Origin: an archaeon
GTDB lineage: Archaea > Nanobdellota > Nanobdellia > Woesearchaeales > UBA9642
Assembly (NCBI GenBank): GCA_020057295.1
Contig: JAGVGF010000001.1
Span: forward strand, 64,001-128,000
Reading direction: 5' to 3'
DNA length: 64,000 nt
A model generated the notes under the pieces. The model was not told where the DNA came from, ran no database searches, and saw only the letters and a program-made list of their open reading frames with translations. This document shows, in pieces, positions 39,256-48,826 of this stretch (positions are counted from its first letter, which is position 1; the number at the start of each line of letters is the position of its first letter). A program made the translations under genes and the position numbers.

Positions 39256-40815
39256 TTATAATTCTAAACTTTCTATTATGATTTTTGAGTCAAATTCTTT
39301 GAGATCATCATAAGTTTGACCTGTTCCTAAATATAGTATTGGCCTTTTTAATATATAAGATACAGATATTGCTGCACCGCCTTTATCATCAACATCGGCT
39401 TTAGCAAGTATTATAGCGTCAATTCCAACTGCTTTATCAAACTCTTTAGCTTGTTCTACACAATCATTGCCTGTAATACTCTCTCCTACAAATATTTTAA
39501 TATCAGGTTTACATACTCTAATAACTTTCTCTAATTCTCTCATTAAATTAGTATTAGAATGTAATCTTCCTGCAGTATCTATCATTACAACATCAATATT
39601 TTTAGCTTCAGCATATTTTATCGCGTCAAATGCAACAGCTGCAGGATCAGAATTATAATCATGTTTAATCATCTTCACATTTAATTTGTTGGCATGCTCT
39701 TCTAATTGCTGTATGGCAGCAGCTCTAAAAGTATCCGAAGCAGCCCATACAACAGTCAATCCTTCTTTCTGGAATTTATGTGTTAATTTAGCAATACTGG
39801 TTGTTTTTCCTGCACCATTAACACCTATAATTGTAATTATATAAGGTTGCTTTGATTTACGTTTATCCTTAATTCTACTTATTAAATCAATTTTTTCAAC
39901 ATCAAATAATTCTATAACAGATTGTTTTAATGTAGATAATATTAATTCTTCAACACCTTTTCTAGAAACTTTACCATTCATTAATTCTTTTTTTAAATCT
40001 CTCTTAATTTTTTCAATAACTTCTACAGCAACATTATTTTCTAACATCACAACTTCTAAATCCCAAAATAATTCTTCAAACTTCTCTTCAGTAATATTTA
40101 TTTTAGTGAATGTTTCAGTGATTTTTGTAAAGAACCCTCTCTTTTCTTCTTCTGCAGGTTTGTCTACAGTTTTCTTTGAACGTTCCTCTTCAAGTATTTT
40201 ATATCTAGGAACAGCAACAACCGGTTCGATCTTTGGTTCTTTTTTAGTGATTTCTTGTGGTTTGACTTTACTTTCTAAAACATTTTCTTTAACTATGTGC
40301 AATTCCTCGCGTGGATGTTCATGAACGTGTTCTTCATGATGATGTTTGTGTAAATCATTATGCGTATGAGAATGCAAATTATCGTGACTGTGTTCATGAT
40401 CATTTATGTGAGAATGTTCATGACCTTGTGTGTGAGTGTGCGGTTCTGGTTTATACTCGGGAACTTCAATAACTTTATTTAATACGATTTTCTTAGAACT
40501 TTCAACAGGTTTAATTTTAGGTTTATGTTCAGATAGTTTAATAGTGTGTTCTGCACGGTCTAATAATTCCTCTTTATCCTCAATAATATCTTCTGTTTCT
40601 TTTTTGCCAAAAATTTTAGAAAAAAATCCTCTCTTTTCTTCTTTCTTATCTACAACCGGTATCTGTTCTTTTTTAATCTCTTTTCTCTTTTCCGAAATTA
40701 ATTCTGATTTCTTTTCTATTAAAACTTCTTTTTTTTCTATAACTGCATCTTTCTCAACTTCTTTAGTTAATTTTCCTAGTGCACCTTTTAATTTATCTTT
40801 TAGAAATCCGAACAT
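39256..40815 (-). CDS. ftsY: SRP receptor FtsY with His-rich N-terminal insertion
   Basis: GVNGAGKTT, DTFRAAA, DTAGR, K.D...KGG, G.GQ.YDDL. Confidence 0.95.
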   Translation of the reverse strand: MFGFLKDKLKGALGKLTKEVEKDAVIEKKEVLIEKKSELISEKRKEIKKEQIPVVDKKEEKRGFFSKIFGKKETEDIIEDKEELLDRAEHTIKLSEHKPKIKPVESSKKIVLNKVIEVPEYKPEPHTHTQGHEHSHINDHEHSHDNLHSHTHNDLHKHHHEEHVHEHPREELHIVKENVLESKVKPQEITKKEPKIEPVVAVPRYKILEEERSKKTVDKPAEEEKRGFFTKITETFTKINITEEKFEELFWDLEVVMLENNVAVEVIEKIKRDLKKELMNGKVSRKGVEELILSTLKQSVIELFDVEKIDLISRIKDKRKSKQPYIITIIGVNGAGKTTSIAKLTHKFQKEGLTVVWAASDTFRAAAIQQLEEHANKLNVKMIKHDYNSDPAAVAFDAIKYAEAKNIDVVMIDTAGRLHSNTNLMRELEKVIRVCKPDIKIFVGESITGNDCVEQAKEFDKAVGIDAIILAKADVDDKGGAAISVSYILKRPILYLGTGQTYDDLKEFDSKIIIESLEL

Positions 40816-40827
40816 TTTAACTCATAC

Positions 40828-41199
40828 TTACTCCTGCAATCCTTGCGCTTTTTCAATGAATTTTTGTAATTGTGAAAGTACTTCTTCTTTATATTTCTCA
40901 ATATCTTTAGCTTGTACTTCCATCATAGTAATAGTATCTTTAATATTCTTTTCTACAGCCACATTGCTTCCAATATTTATTTTTAACGACTTATTATCAA
41001 CTAATTTGGCTTTAGCAAATATTCCACTAGCAATTGGAAATAATATTTCATCATTAGCTTTTAATTTGTCAAAATCTTTTAATGCGTCCACAGTATTATT
41101 TATCTCTAATAATTGATTATCTATACTTTCTATAACCTTCTGCAATTGTTTAATCTGATAATCTATCATTTGCATCTGTTGATATTTTTCTTGATCCAT
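40828..41199 (-). CDS. pfdA: Prefoldin subunit alpha
   Basis: Coiled coils flanking P...GIF.KA..., V.IGS...VEK; upstream of ftsY. Confidence 0.9.
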   Translation of the reverse strand: MDQEKYQQMQMIDYQIKQLQKVIESIDNQLLEINNTVDALKDFDKLKANDEILFPIASGIFAKAKLVDNKSLKINIGSNVAVEKNIKDTITMMEVQAKDIEKYKEEVLSQLQKFIEKAQGLQE

Positions 41200-41239
41200 A
41201 TTATCCTCCTAAAATATATTAAAATTAATTATAAATATA

Positions 41240-42163
41240 TTAATTAAATAGTGCGCTTACTGAACGATTATTATGAACATTATTTATTACATCTGATAAA
41301 AATCTTGCCATATTAATAACTTTAATTTTACTCAATGAACCCTTATAAGGAATCGTGTTACTTACAATTACCTCTTTAGCCATACTATTCTGTAATCTTT
41401 CGTCACATCCATTGCTAAATACGGGATGTGTAGCGCAAATATAAACTTCCTTAGCTGTTTTAGCTATAACATCAGCAGCATTGGCTATACTATTGCCTGT
41501 ATCTATAATATCATCAACAATTATTGCAGTTTTTCCATCTATGTCTCCAACAACATTAACAACTTCAGCTTCATTATGTCCTGTTCTTCTTTTATCAATA
41601 ATTGCTATAGGCATGTTTAATCTCTTAGCTAAAATTCTTGCACGTTTTACACCACCAGTATCTGGACTAACAACAACACCATCAACAATATTTTTGTTTT
41701 TAAAATATTCTGAAAATAATGGTATAGCACTTACTTCATCAACAGGAATATTAAAAAATCCTTGTATCTGCGGTGCATGTAAATCTATTGTTAATACCCT
41801 ATTTGCTCCGGCAATTGTTAACATATCAGCAACTAATTTAGAAGTGATTGGTTCTCTTGCTTCTGTTTTTCTGTCTTGTCTAGCATATCCATAATAAGTA
41901 ACTACAGCAGTAATTCTTCCAGCACTGGATCTTTTTAAGGCGTCAATCAATATTAATAATTCCATTAATGAATCATTAACACTGTGGCAAATGCTTTGAA
42001 TTACAAAAATATCGTCTCCTCTAACATTTTCTGAAACCTGAATATATATTTCTCCATCTTTAAATCTGGTAATTGTTCTCTTTGTTAATGGAATACCCAA
42101 ATGTTTAGAAATATCCTCCGCCAACGGAGTATTACTTGTACCTGATATCAATCGTAGCTTCAT
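41240..42163 (-). CDS. prs: Ribose-phosphate pyrophosphokinase
   Basis: F.DGE, YYGYARQDRK, DLHAPQIQGFF, SPD.GG, VDDIIDTG. Confidence 0.96.
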   Translation of the reverse strand: MKLRLISGTSNTPLAEDISKHLGIPLTKRTITRFKDGEIYIQVSENVRGDDIFVIQSICHSVNDSLMELLILIDALKRSSAGRITAVVTYYGYARQDRKTEAREPITSKLVADMLTIAGANRVLTIDLHAPQIQGFFNIPVDEVSAIPLFSEYFKNKNIVDGVVVSPDTGGVKRARILAKRLNMPIAIIDKRRTGHNEAEVVNVVGDIDGKTAIIVDDIIDTGNSIANAADVIAKTAKEVYICATHPVFSNGCDERLQNSMAKEVIVSNTIPYKGSLSKIKVINMARFLSDVINNVHNNRSVSALFN

Positions 42164-42212
42164 CGTTAAACCCCCGAATAATTGTTTCGATAAACTAATA
42201 TTAGTCTTATAA

Positions 42213-42908
42213 CTAATTGCCTATGAATCCTAAAGCTTCATCAGCATTAACTATTTCTGGACCACCACTTGCATCACCGATAATAAAACCTTTATTATTA
42301 CAGACTATTCCTGAACCAATAAAAGGAACACCCATGTTAACTGTTCCTGTAAATATTTCAACTTTTAATACTTTCTTTAATAATTCGGCTTCGTGTTCTA
42401 AAATTTCATGATGACATAATAATCCTTTTTTAGTATGGACAGCGAGACTTCCAAGAGTACTTAACTCGGCAATTTTTGCTCTTACAACATTTACTTTTAA
42501 CGAGTCTTTGAACATTTTTAATTCTCTTTCACCATAATCATCACTAACAACACAGCCCTTGTCGTTACAAATAATATTATTACCTAAACATGTTAGTTTT
42601 GTGTCAATGACTTTATATTTTATTTTGTGTTTATCTAACACTGCTAATTCTGTACTGAAAGCAATTTTTGGAATAAGCAAACAATTTTTATTACCACTTA
42701 AGAACACACCAAGCAGTGAAGTTCCAGCAACACTCATCGGAATTAATGGAACATCCAATACTTCTTCAATCTCCTTCAAAAGTTTTTCAGGAACATCATT
42801 ACCAAACAAACAATACTTATCATTAGCATAAATGTATAGTCCGACATTAGGATTGCTATTAAAATTAGTTACTAATACATGTTTTCTCTTACTTTTAGCT
42901 CGAACCAT
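42213..42908 (-). CDS. eif6: Translation initiation factor 6 (aIF6)
   Basis: N.G.Y, GN.I..ND.G, GTVN.G....GSG...N..G. Confidence 0.92.
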   Translation of the reverse strand: MVRAKSKRKHVLVTNFNSNPNVGLYIYANDKYCLFGNDVPEKLLKEIEEVLDVPLIPMSVAGTSLLGVFLSGNKNCLLIPKIAFSTELAVLDKHKIKYKVIDTKLTCLGNNIICNDKGCVVSDDYGERELKMFKDSLKVNVVRAKIAELSTLGSLAVHTKKGLLCHHEILEHEAELLKKVLKVEIFTGTVNMGVPFIGSGIVCNNKGFIIGDASGGPEIVNADEALGFIGN

Positions 42909-42940
42909 ATCATATAAGAAAAAAGGATTGTTTATAAAGT

Positions 42941-43750
42941 TTATTGACTATTATCTTGCTCTGTTTTTCGCACAGCTAGTTTTACAGATATTTGATCAAA
43001 ATGCTTATCCTGTTCTAAATCTACTTTACGTAAAGTATCAAGATGTAATAATGGCACAAATGTTAAAACTTTATCTTGTTTAGAAGTACTCATGACTAAA
43101 TCTTCAAAAGTTAATATCTTATCTTTATTTTTTTTGCTTTTATAATGTGATTCTACTTTACCATACACCAATTCCATGCTTTTTCCTAAATCAAATTTTC
43201 TCTCAGGAAGTTTTATAGTAATCTTTTTCATGTTTGGCTTAAATTTATTTCTTCTATTCTCAACCTCTAATGCCTTCTCCAAGGCCTTTACAAGGTCAAA
43301 TACTGAAACTTTTCTCTTACGAGGTTGTGGAGTCCTAGGATAAAGTTGTGGCCTGCCACTAGAATCGTAAATAGGCCTACCTTGATCATCTAAGGGTAGA
43401 TTTTCTTCAATACCATTGATTGTATTATCAAAATTCGGAATATCTTCATCAATAAGTATATCTGATTTCATTTTTAGAAGTACAGCACTTGCTAAAACCA
43501 TTTTGCCTGAAATTCTAAAATCTAACTCTTTTAATTTTCTTAACATCTCTAGAAATTTTTGCGATAATTGAGTTATATCAATATCCCACGGATCCATATG
43601 TTCTTGATCTATAAGAGCATAAATCATATCTTTCCAAGATAATTCATCTTCAACAAATAATAAATTAAAAACACGTTCAGAAGTCTCTTTAACCTGTGCT
43701 ACTTTCTTTTCTTTTTCTAACTTATCCTCTTTGCTTAACTTACGAACCAT
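42941..43750 (-). CDS. scpA: Segregation/condensation protein A (kleisin)
   Basis: MDPWDIDI, SG...L.S..LL..KS, L..AL..AL, F.PLLHL. Confidence 0.9.
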   Translation of the reverse strand: MVRKLSKEDKLEKEKKVAQVKETSERVFNLLFVEDELSWKDMIYALIDQEHMDPWDIDITQLSQKFLEMLRKLKELDFRISGKMVLASAVLLKMKSDILIDEDIPNFDNTINGIEENLPLDDQGRPIYDSSGRPQLYPRTPQPRKRKVSVFDLVKALEKALEVENRRNKFKPNMKKITIKLPERKFDLGKSMELVYGKVESHYKSKKNKDKILTFEDLVMSTSKQDKVLTFVPLLHLDTLRKVDLEQDKHFDQISVKLAVRKTEQDNSQ

Positions 43751-43812
43751 CTGTGTAATTACAGAAATAGAGTATATATAAAGATTATGGTAAAATAAAA
43801 AAATTAATTATT

Positions 43813-43917
43813 TTACTTTCTAGCGTTTCTCTTACGCTTCTCTTTCTTTATTCTCTTTCTCTGCCATTTCCAACGCATTTGGCCTTTCTTTTTCCATCGT
43901 CTTGAACTTCTCTTCAA
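43813..43917 (-). CDS. rpl41e: Ribosomal protein L41e (eS32), TTG start (not in ORF track)
   Basis: MKRSSRRWKKKGQMRWKWQRKRIKKEKRKRNARK. Confidence 0.85.
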   Translation of the reverse strand: MKRSSRRWKKKGQMRWKWQRKRIKKEKRKRNARK

Positions 43918-43977
43918 TTTATTCTTCACGCAACATTTGTTGTGTTACATTAACCTCCAAATATTTTAATAATATTA

Positions 43978-44015
43978 TTAGATGAATGTAAAAATCTAAT
44001 TTTACACTCATCTAA
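43978..44015. other. 16-bp stem-loop 3' of tRNA-Glu (processing or terminator structure)
   Basis: ttagatgaatgtaaaa / ttttacactcatctaa, one mismatch. Confidence 0.5.
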
Positions 44016-44024
44016 ATTTTTTAA

Positions 44025-44099
44025 TGCTCTGGCCGGGATTCGAACCCGGGTCACAGGATCGAAAATCCCGCATGATTGACCGGACTACACTACCAGAGC
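44025..44099 (-). tRNA. tRNA-Glu(TTC)
   Basis: GCTCTGG/CCAGAGC acceptor, CGGGA-TT-TTC-GA-TCCTG, TTCGAAT. Confidence 0.92.
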
Positions 44100-44221
44100 A
44101 AATAAGCTTTATGTTTTCAAGTTTTAACTTGACGTTTTTTGATGCAACTTTTTTAAAAAGTTGCCCGTTGGCTCCACTACCAGAGCGATTTTAATTTTTT
44201 TATATACTTACGAACTTAATA

Positions 44222-44328
44222 TGAGCCCGCCGAGATTTGAACTCGGGACCACTGGTGCACTTAGATATTGACAACTGCGTCAATAGGTCTTATAAGACCA
44301 GCGCTCCACCAGACTAAGCTACGGGCTC
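44222..44328 (-). tRNA. tRNA-Ile(TAT) with 33-nt intron (44258-44290)
   Basis: GAGCCCG/CGGGCTC, CTGGT-CT-TAT-A[intron]C-ACCAG; BHB central helix CUUA/UAAG. Confidence 0.88.
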
Positions 44329-44331
44329 GTA

Positions 44332-44402
44332 TGCGATCTGCGGGAATCGAACCCGCGACACAGCCTTGGCAAGGCCGAATTATACCATTTAACTAAGATC
44401 GC
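44332..44402 (-). tRNA. tRNA-Gly(GCC)
   Basis: GCGATCT/AGATCGC, CGGCC-TT-GCC-AA-GGCTG. Confidence 0.92.
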
Positions 44403-44471
44403 AAGATTTTTACAAAAAATCTTGTAAAAAGTGATGAACATCACGAACTGCGTGAGTTCACCGATTACGAC

Positions 44472-44544
44472 TGGGCCCGGCCGGATTCGAACCGGCGACC
44501 TTCTCCGTGTAAGGGAGACGTCATAACCACTAAACCACGAGCCC
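44472..44544 (-). tRNA. tRNA-Val(TAC)
   Basis: GGGCTCG/CGGGCCC, TCTCC-CT-TAC-AC-GGAGA. Confidence 0.94.
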
Positions 44545-44603
44545 ATAGGTATGACTGTTACTTTTAAACGAAACTTTAAACCATTTAAATATGTTATTGT
44601 TTT

Positions 44604-45074
44604 TTAAATAGAAATTTTATTTAAAGAACCATACGGTGGCTTTGCAATATGTTTACCAATTTTTTTGCTAGTATAGTCTATAACATTGAAATGCGTCACT
44701 ATCAATACACCATTAATTTTCATCTTGAGTAAATCTTTCAAAAAGGAATCTAAACGTTCTTTCTGTTTTTTAACCGATTCTCTGATAAGATGTTCTTGGC
44801 CGTATCCGGTCAATATATCCTCAACTTCACGTAACCTTTTATCATAAATTATAGATATATTTTTTGTGTTGTATTTCACTAAATAAGGTGCAATTGTTTG
44901 TTGAGTTCTTAATGCATCACTACATAAAATTAAATTAAAAGATTTGTTATTAAGTTTTTTTGCAAGAGATTTTGCATGCTCTTGACCTCTTATTGTTAAA
45001 GGGATATTTAGAAAATGCCCTTGATTATCTTTTTTATAGTCTGCTTCGCAATGTCTTAAAAAATATACATTCAT
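44604..45074 (-). CDS. Histidine phosphatase family protein
   Basis: FLRHCE, PLT..G...A, S...R..QT, LRE, VTH. Confidence 0.88.
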   Translation of the reverse strand: MNVYFLRHCEADYKKDNQGHFLNIPLTIRGQEHAKSLAKKLNNKSFNLILCSDALRTQQTIAPYLVKYNTKNISIIYDKRLREVEDILTGYGQEHLIRESVKKQKERLDSFLKDLLKMKINGVLIVTHFNVIDYTSKKIGKHIAKPPYGSLNKISI

Positions 45075-45090
45075 AAGAACTACCCAGAAT

Positions 45091-45363
45091 TTATAACGCA
45101 TTATTTATGGCATCAACATGTTTAGCTATTTCTTCGCCTTTCTTTGTTAATTTTAAATATTTCAATCTACCAGTTTTTTCAAAACTTACAAGGCCAGCAT
45201 CTTCCATTTCTTGAAGAATTTTTACGACATGACTGTAAGTGCAGTCAACAGATTTTGCTAATGTAGAAGCGTAAACTTCAGTTGTAGAATTTAATAAAGT
45301 GACGAGCATCATGGCTGGTTTCTCTCTTATGAAAACATCAAAAATTTTTTTATTCTTAGCCAT
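45091..45363 (-). CDS. Winged-helix (MarR-like) regulator
   Basis: YAS.LAK.VDCTYSH.VKIL......GLV.F...GR.K...LT.KG. Confidence 0.85.
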   Translation of the reverse strand: MAKNKKIFDVFIREKPAMMLVTLLNSTTEVYASTLAKSVDCTYSHVVKILQEMEDAGLVSFEKTGRLKYLKLTKKGEEIAKHVDAINNAL

Positions 45364-45653
45364 TTTATCACTCAAAAATATATTTTATAAAGGTTATATT
45401 CCAAAAAATATTATTTAATATGTATTTTGGATATGTTGTTTCTTTATAAATTTTGTTTTTTACAAAATATATTTTCTAATTCACCCTCAAATCATATTAC
45501 CGTGTCTTTTATTTAAATAGTTTCTCAATTCTCGTTTTCAGAATACAAACAAAAAAACACTTTAGAAATAATGACGAGAAAAAGATTTAACAAAAAAAGC
45601 AAAAAAATAAAAATTAAAGCAAAACTAGCAAAGCAAATATTATAAAAAATAAC

Positions 45654-45771
45654 CGCCCCTTCCGAGGATCGAACTCGGATCTCAGGTTGTTTGCAAAGCA
45701 ATTGAAAATTTCGAAAATTTTTCAACTCTTTTTGCCGCAAACCCGTATTCTATCCATTATACTAAAGGGGC
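45654..45771 (-). tRNA. tRNA-Arg(GCG) with 46-nt intron (45689-45734)
   Basis: GCCCCTT/AAGGGGC, CGGGT-TT-GCG-G[intron]A-ACCTG; BHB helix UUGC/GCAA. Confidence 0.88.
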
Positions 45772-45807
45772 GTGTTAGTAAAAATCTGACATCGTTTTTA
45801 AATATTC

Positions 45808-46320
45808 CTAAACTAGGAATTCGAACACTATAAAGAATATGATTCCGACAATTAAATAGTATGAATATTTTGTCAATAAAATTTTTGCTATATTGATATA
45901 ATCTTTAAATTTTATATTTTCAGTATGTTTATATTTTTTAGTGTTATAGTAAGAATAACTCGTGGTTGTTCCTAAAGATATTCCTAGAATAAACAACAAT
46001 GTTGTTATTACGAATAAATTATTAAGTATTGATGATGCATAAAATATGCCGCCCATACTAGCATAAATTATATAATTATGAATTTTATCTATAAAAAAGA
46101 ATAATAACACTAATAATAATACTGAAGATATTGCAGCATAAACAGTTGATAAAGGATATATCGTCAAAAACACTATTAATGAGACAATTAACATATTAAA
46201 ATATGTAATATACTTAATAACATCTGATAACTCTTCAATAGCTATGTGACTGAGAATTAAGCCTATAATCAATCCTAAAAAACTCGATATTAACAATGCT
46301 ATGTAAATAAATAAATCCAT
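45808..46320 (-). CDS. Hypothetical multi-TM membrane protein
   Basis: Highly hydrophobic; G..L..IA.EEL motif. Confidence 0.6.
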   Translation of the reverse strand: MDLFIYIALLISSFLGLIIGLILSHIAIEELSDVIKYITYFNMLIVSLIVFLTIYPLSTVYAAISSVLLLVLLFFFIDKIHNYIIYASMGGIFYASSILNNLFVITTLLFILGISLGTTTSYSYYNTKKYKHTENIKFKDYINIAKILLTKYSYYLIVGIIFFIVFEFLV

Positions 46321-46382
46321 TTTATTAAAAGAATGTTCTAATATAAATACTTTTAGAATGTGATTTCTTATGCTTAATATTA

Positions 46383-46805
46383 TTAAGAAATTACGCTACC
46401 ACATGGTTTTCCATTGATAGAAAAGTTACCATCACCAAAACCTGTTCTCTGACCACCAGGAGTATCGACGCTAATAATATTACCATATTGATCGATAATG
46501 TATATACAAAAATCTCCGCGTATACCAAATTGTTGCTTAATAGATTTATAATCAGCATTGTATAACGTCTTAGCAGCAATCGGATCTACAGTTCCCTTGT
46601 TTATTATAGTTAATGTACTATTGACACCGTTGGCCGCGTCTAAATTGCTCACAACAGTATTTGATTCTAGAGTAACATCTCTGCCTTTATCTTTTGCATT
46701 GTTACCGAGCATTGCATAAAATATTCCTATTATTAATACAAATACCACGAATGCTAGAATAATATCCAATGACCATGATTGGCCTTGACCCCTCTTTTTG
46801 AACAT
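46383..46805 (-). CDS. Class III signal peptide (archaeal pilin-like) protein
   Basis: KKRGQ...SLD followed by hydrophobic helix. Confidence 0.75.
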   Translation of the reverse strand: MFKKRGQGQSWSLDIILAFVVFVLIIGIFYAMLGNNAKDKGRDVTLESNTVVSNLDAANGVNSTLTIINKGTVDPIAAKTLYNADYKSIKQQFGIRGDFCIYIIDQYGNIISVDTPGGQRTGFGDGNFSINGKPCGSVIS

Positions 46806-47032
46806 ATCAACAAACTAAGTAAACTTATATAAATAGTTTACTAAAATATTAGAATAAAGCGCTTTATGAAAAATATTATAAAATTTTAAAATTTAACTGA
46901 AAAATACACAAACTTTATAAATAATGAAAGCATTTTTTTATAAATCTAACTGAAATGCGGGGGTATTTTTAGTTGATTAAAACATTTAATCTGTAATCAT
47001 ACTTTAGCTTACGCTTTACGGGGGTCATTAGA

Positions 47033-47956
47033 ATGCAAGTCAAAAAATGTCCAGAATGTGGTGGAACTAATCTAGCATGGAACAAAGAAAAAGGAGAAGT
47101 CAGTTGCAGAGATTGCGGATTAGTTGTTGAAGAAAAATTAGTAGATTTCGATCAAGAATGGAGAGAGACAGATAGTGAAGCAGCAGCTCGTAAGAGAAGA
47201 ACTGGTGCTCCAATGTCATATACTCAATTCGACCAAGGATTAGGAACAGATGTTGGTAGAAAGGCTGATTTATACCAATTAGATGAAGCTGGCAAAAACA
47301 AATTCTTCAGATTAAGAAAATGGCAGAACAGGATAAGCACTGCTATTGAAAGAAATCTAAAATTAGCATTAGCAGAATTGAAAAGAGTAAGTTCATTTTT
47401 AAAACTTCCACAGTCAGTAGAAGAGGAAGGTTCAAGAATTTATACTTTAGCAGTTCGTAAGGGACTTGTTAGAGGTAGAAGCATGGAATCAGTAGTTGCA
47501 GGCGCGCTATATGCAGCATGTAGACGACATGATGTTCCAAGAACACTAGATGAATTATCAGAAGCATCAAATATTGAAAAGAAAGAAATCGGCAGAACAT
47601 ATAGATTTATAACAAGAGAACTTGGAATAACGATATTACCAAGTAATCCGTCGGATTATATCGCACGATTTGCATCAACATTAAAGCTTGGCCCAGAAAC
47701 ACAGAGCAAGGCTGTAGAAATCATAGAGTCAGCGCAAGGCATAGAATTAACATCGGGCAGAGGACCAACAGGAATAGCTGCCGCAGCATTGTATGTTGCA
47801 GCGTTAATGAACGGTGAAAAAAGAACACAGCGTGAAGTTGCAGATGTTGCAGGAGTTACAGAAGTAACCATAAGAAACAGATATAAGGAATTACTTGAAG
47901 AACTCGACTTAGAAAAAGAAATTAAGAAGAGTAAAAAGAAGAGAAAAGAGCTCTAA
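47033..47956 (+). CDS. tfb: Transcription initiation factor IIB
   Basis: CPECG..C..CG ribbon, EWR, RTGAP, ERNL, two cyclin repeats, TEVTIRNRYKEL. Confidence 0.98.
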   Translation: MQVKKCPECGGTNLAWNKEKGEVSCRDCGLVVEEKLVDFDQEWRETDSEAAARKRRTGAPMSYTQFDQGLGTDVGRKADLYQLDEAGKNKFFRLRKWQNRISTAIERNLKLALAELKRVSSFLKLPQSVEEEGSRIYTLAVRKGLVRGRSMESVVAGALYAACRRHDVPRTLDELSEASNIEKKEIGRTYRFITRELGITILPSNPSDYIARFASTLKLGPETQSKAVEIIESAQGIELTSGRGPTGIAAAALYVAALMNGEKRTQREVADVAGVTEVTIRNRYKELLEELDLEKEIKKSKKKRKEL

Positions 47957-48133
47957 AAACACCCATTTATTTTTTGTTATCTCTTTTCAGTGGTTATGAT
48001 TCTTTAAAAATCATAAACTTTATAAAGTCTTCTCCCCAGGATTACATAGAACAGATTAATGTTGGGGCTTAAGAACTTCAGTTCTTAATTAGGATTTTGT
48101 GCGGTATAATTCGCGTGTAATACTATTCAGGAC

Positions 48134-48775
48134 ATGGCATATTTATCTCGTACAATGGCAAAAAAGGTTCAAAAAAAAACAGAGAAGAAGGTTAAAGTAG
48201 ATAAAGCTGTAAAAAACGATTCTAAAACAAAACCTGAATCCAAAATTAAATTTCAGAAGATTTCTAATGATCGCAAACAAGCTATTGAAGATGTAGTAAA
48301 GGAACTGGTTAATGAAGAAGCGATACCAATAGTGTTATACCTTATTGGAAGAACCAAAGTCTCAGAATTCGTTATTGCAGCAGATCTTAATTTAGAAATT
48401 CATAAAGCAAGAAATCTATTATACAAATTATTAGAACACAATATTCTATACTTTCATCGTAAAAAAGACAAGATTAAAGGATGGTATATATGCTATTGGG
48501 ACTTTAATGAAAAAATTATCCCATTCCAATTAGAAAAAATCAAGACACAGAAATTAATTAAATTAAAAGAAAGACTAGAAAAAGAATCATCATCAACATT
48601 CTATATGTGCAAAAACGCTTGTACTAGAATGGATTTCGAAAAATCAATGGAATTTAACTTCAAGTGCCCGGAATGTGGAGAATTAATGGACGAACAAAAC
48701 AACGTTAGAACGGTAGAATTCCTAAAAGAAAGAATAGCTGAATTGGATAGAGACTTAAAAGCTTACGGAAAATAA
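48134..48775 (+). CDS. tfe: Transcription factor E alpha (start may be 48155)
   Basis: wHTH with R..LY.L, GWY...W; F.C...C.R..F......F.CPECG. Confidence 0.9.
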   Translation: MAYLSRTMAKKVQKKTEKKVKVDKAVKNDSKTKPESKIKFQKISNDRKQAIEDVVKELVNEEAIPIVLYLIGRTKVSEFVIAADLNLEIHKARNLLYKLLEHNILYFHRKKDKIKGWYICYWDFNEKIIPFQLEKIKTQKLIKLKERLEKESSSTFYMCKNACTRMDFEKSMEFNFKCPECGELMDEQNNVRTVEFLKERIAELDRDLKAYGK

Positions 48776-48826
48776 TTAAGAAAAATAAATAATAATACAT
48801 ATAAAGCTGTAATAATTCTATATCTC

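Noticed and set aside
44319-45740. ORFs 44319-44546 and 45525-45740
   Set aside because: Overlap tRNA-Val/Gly/Ile and tRNA-Arg genes
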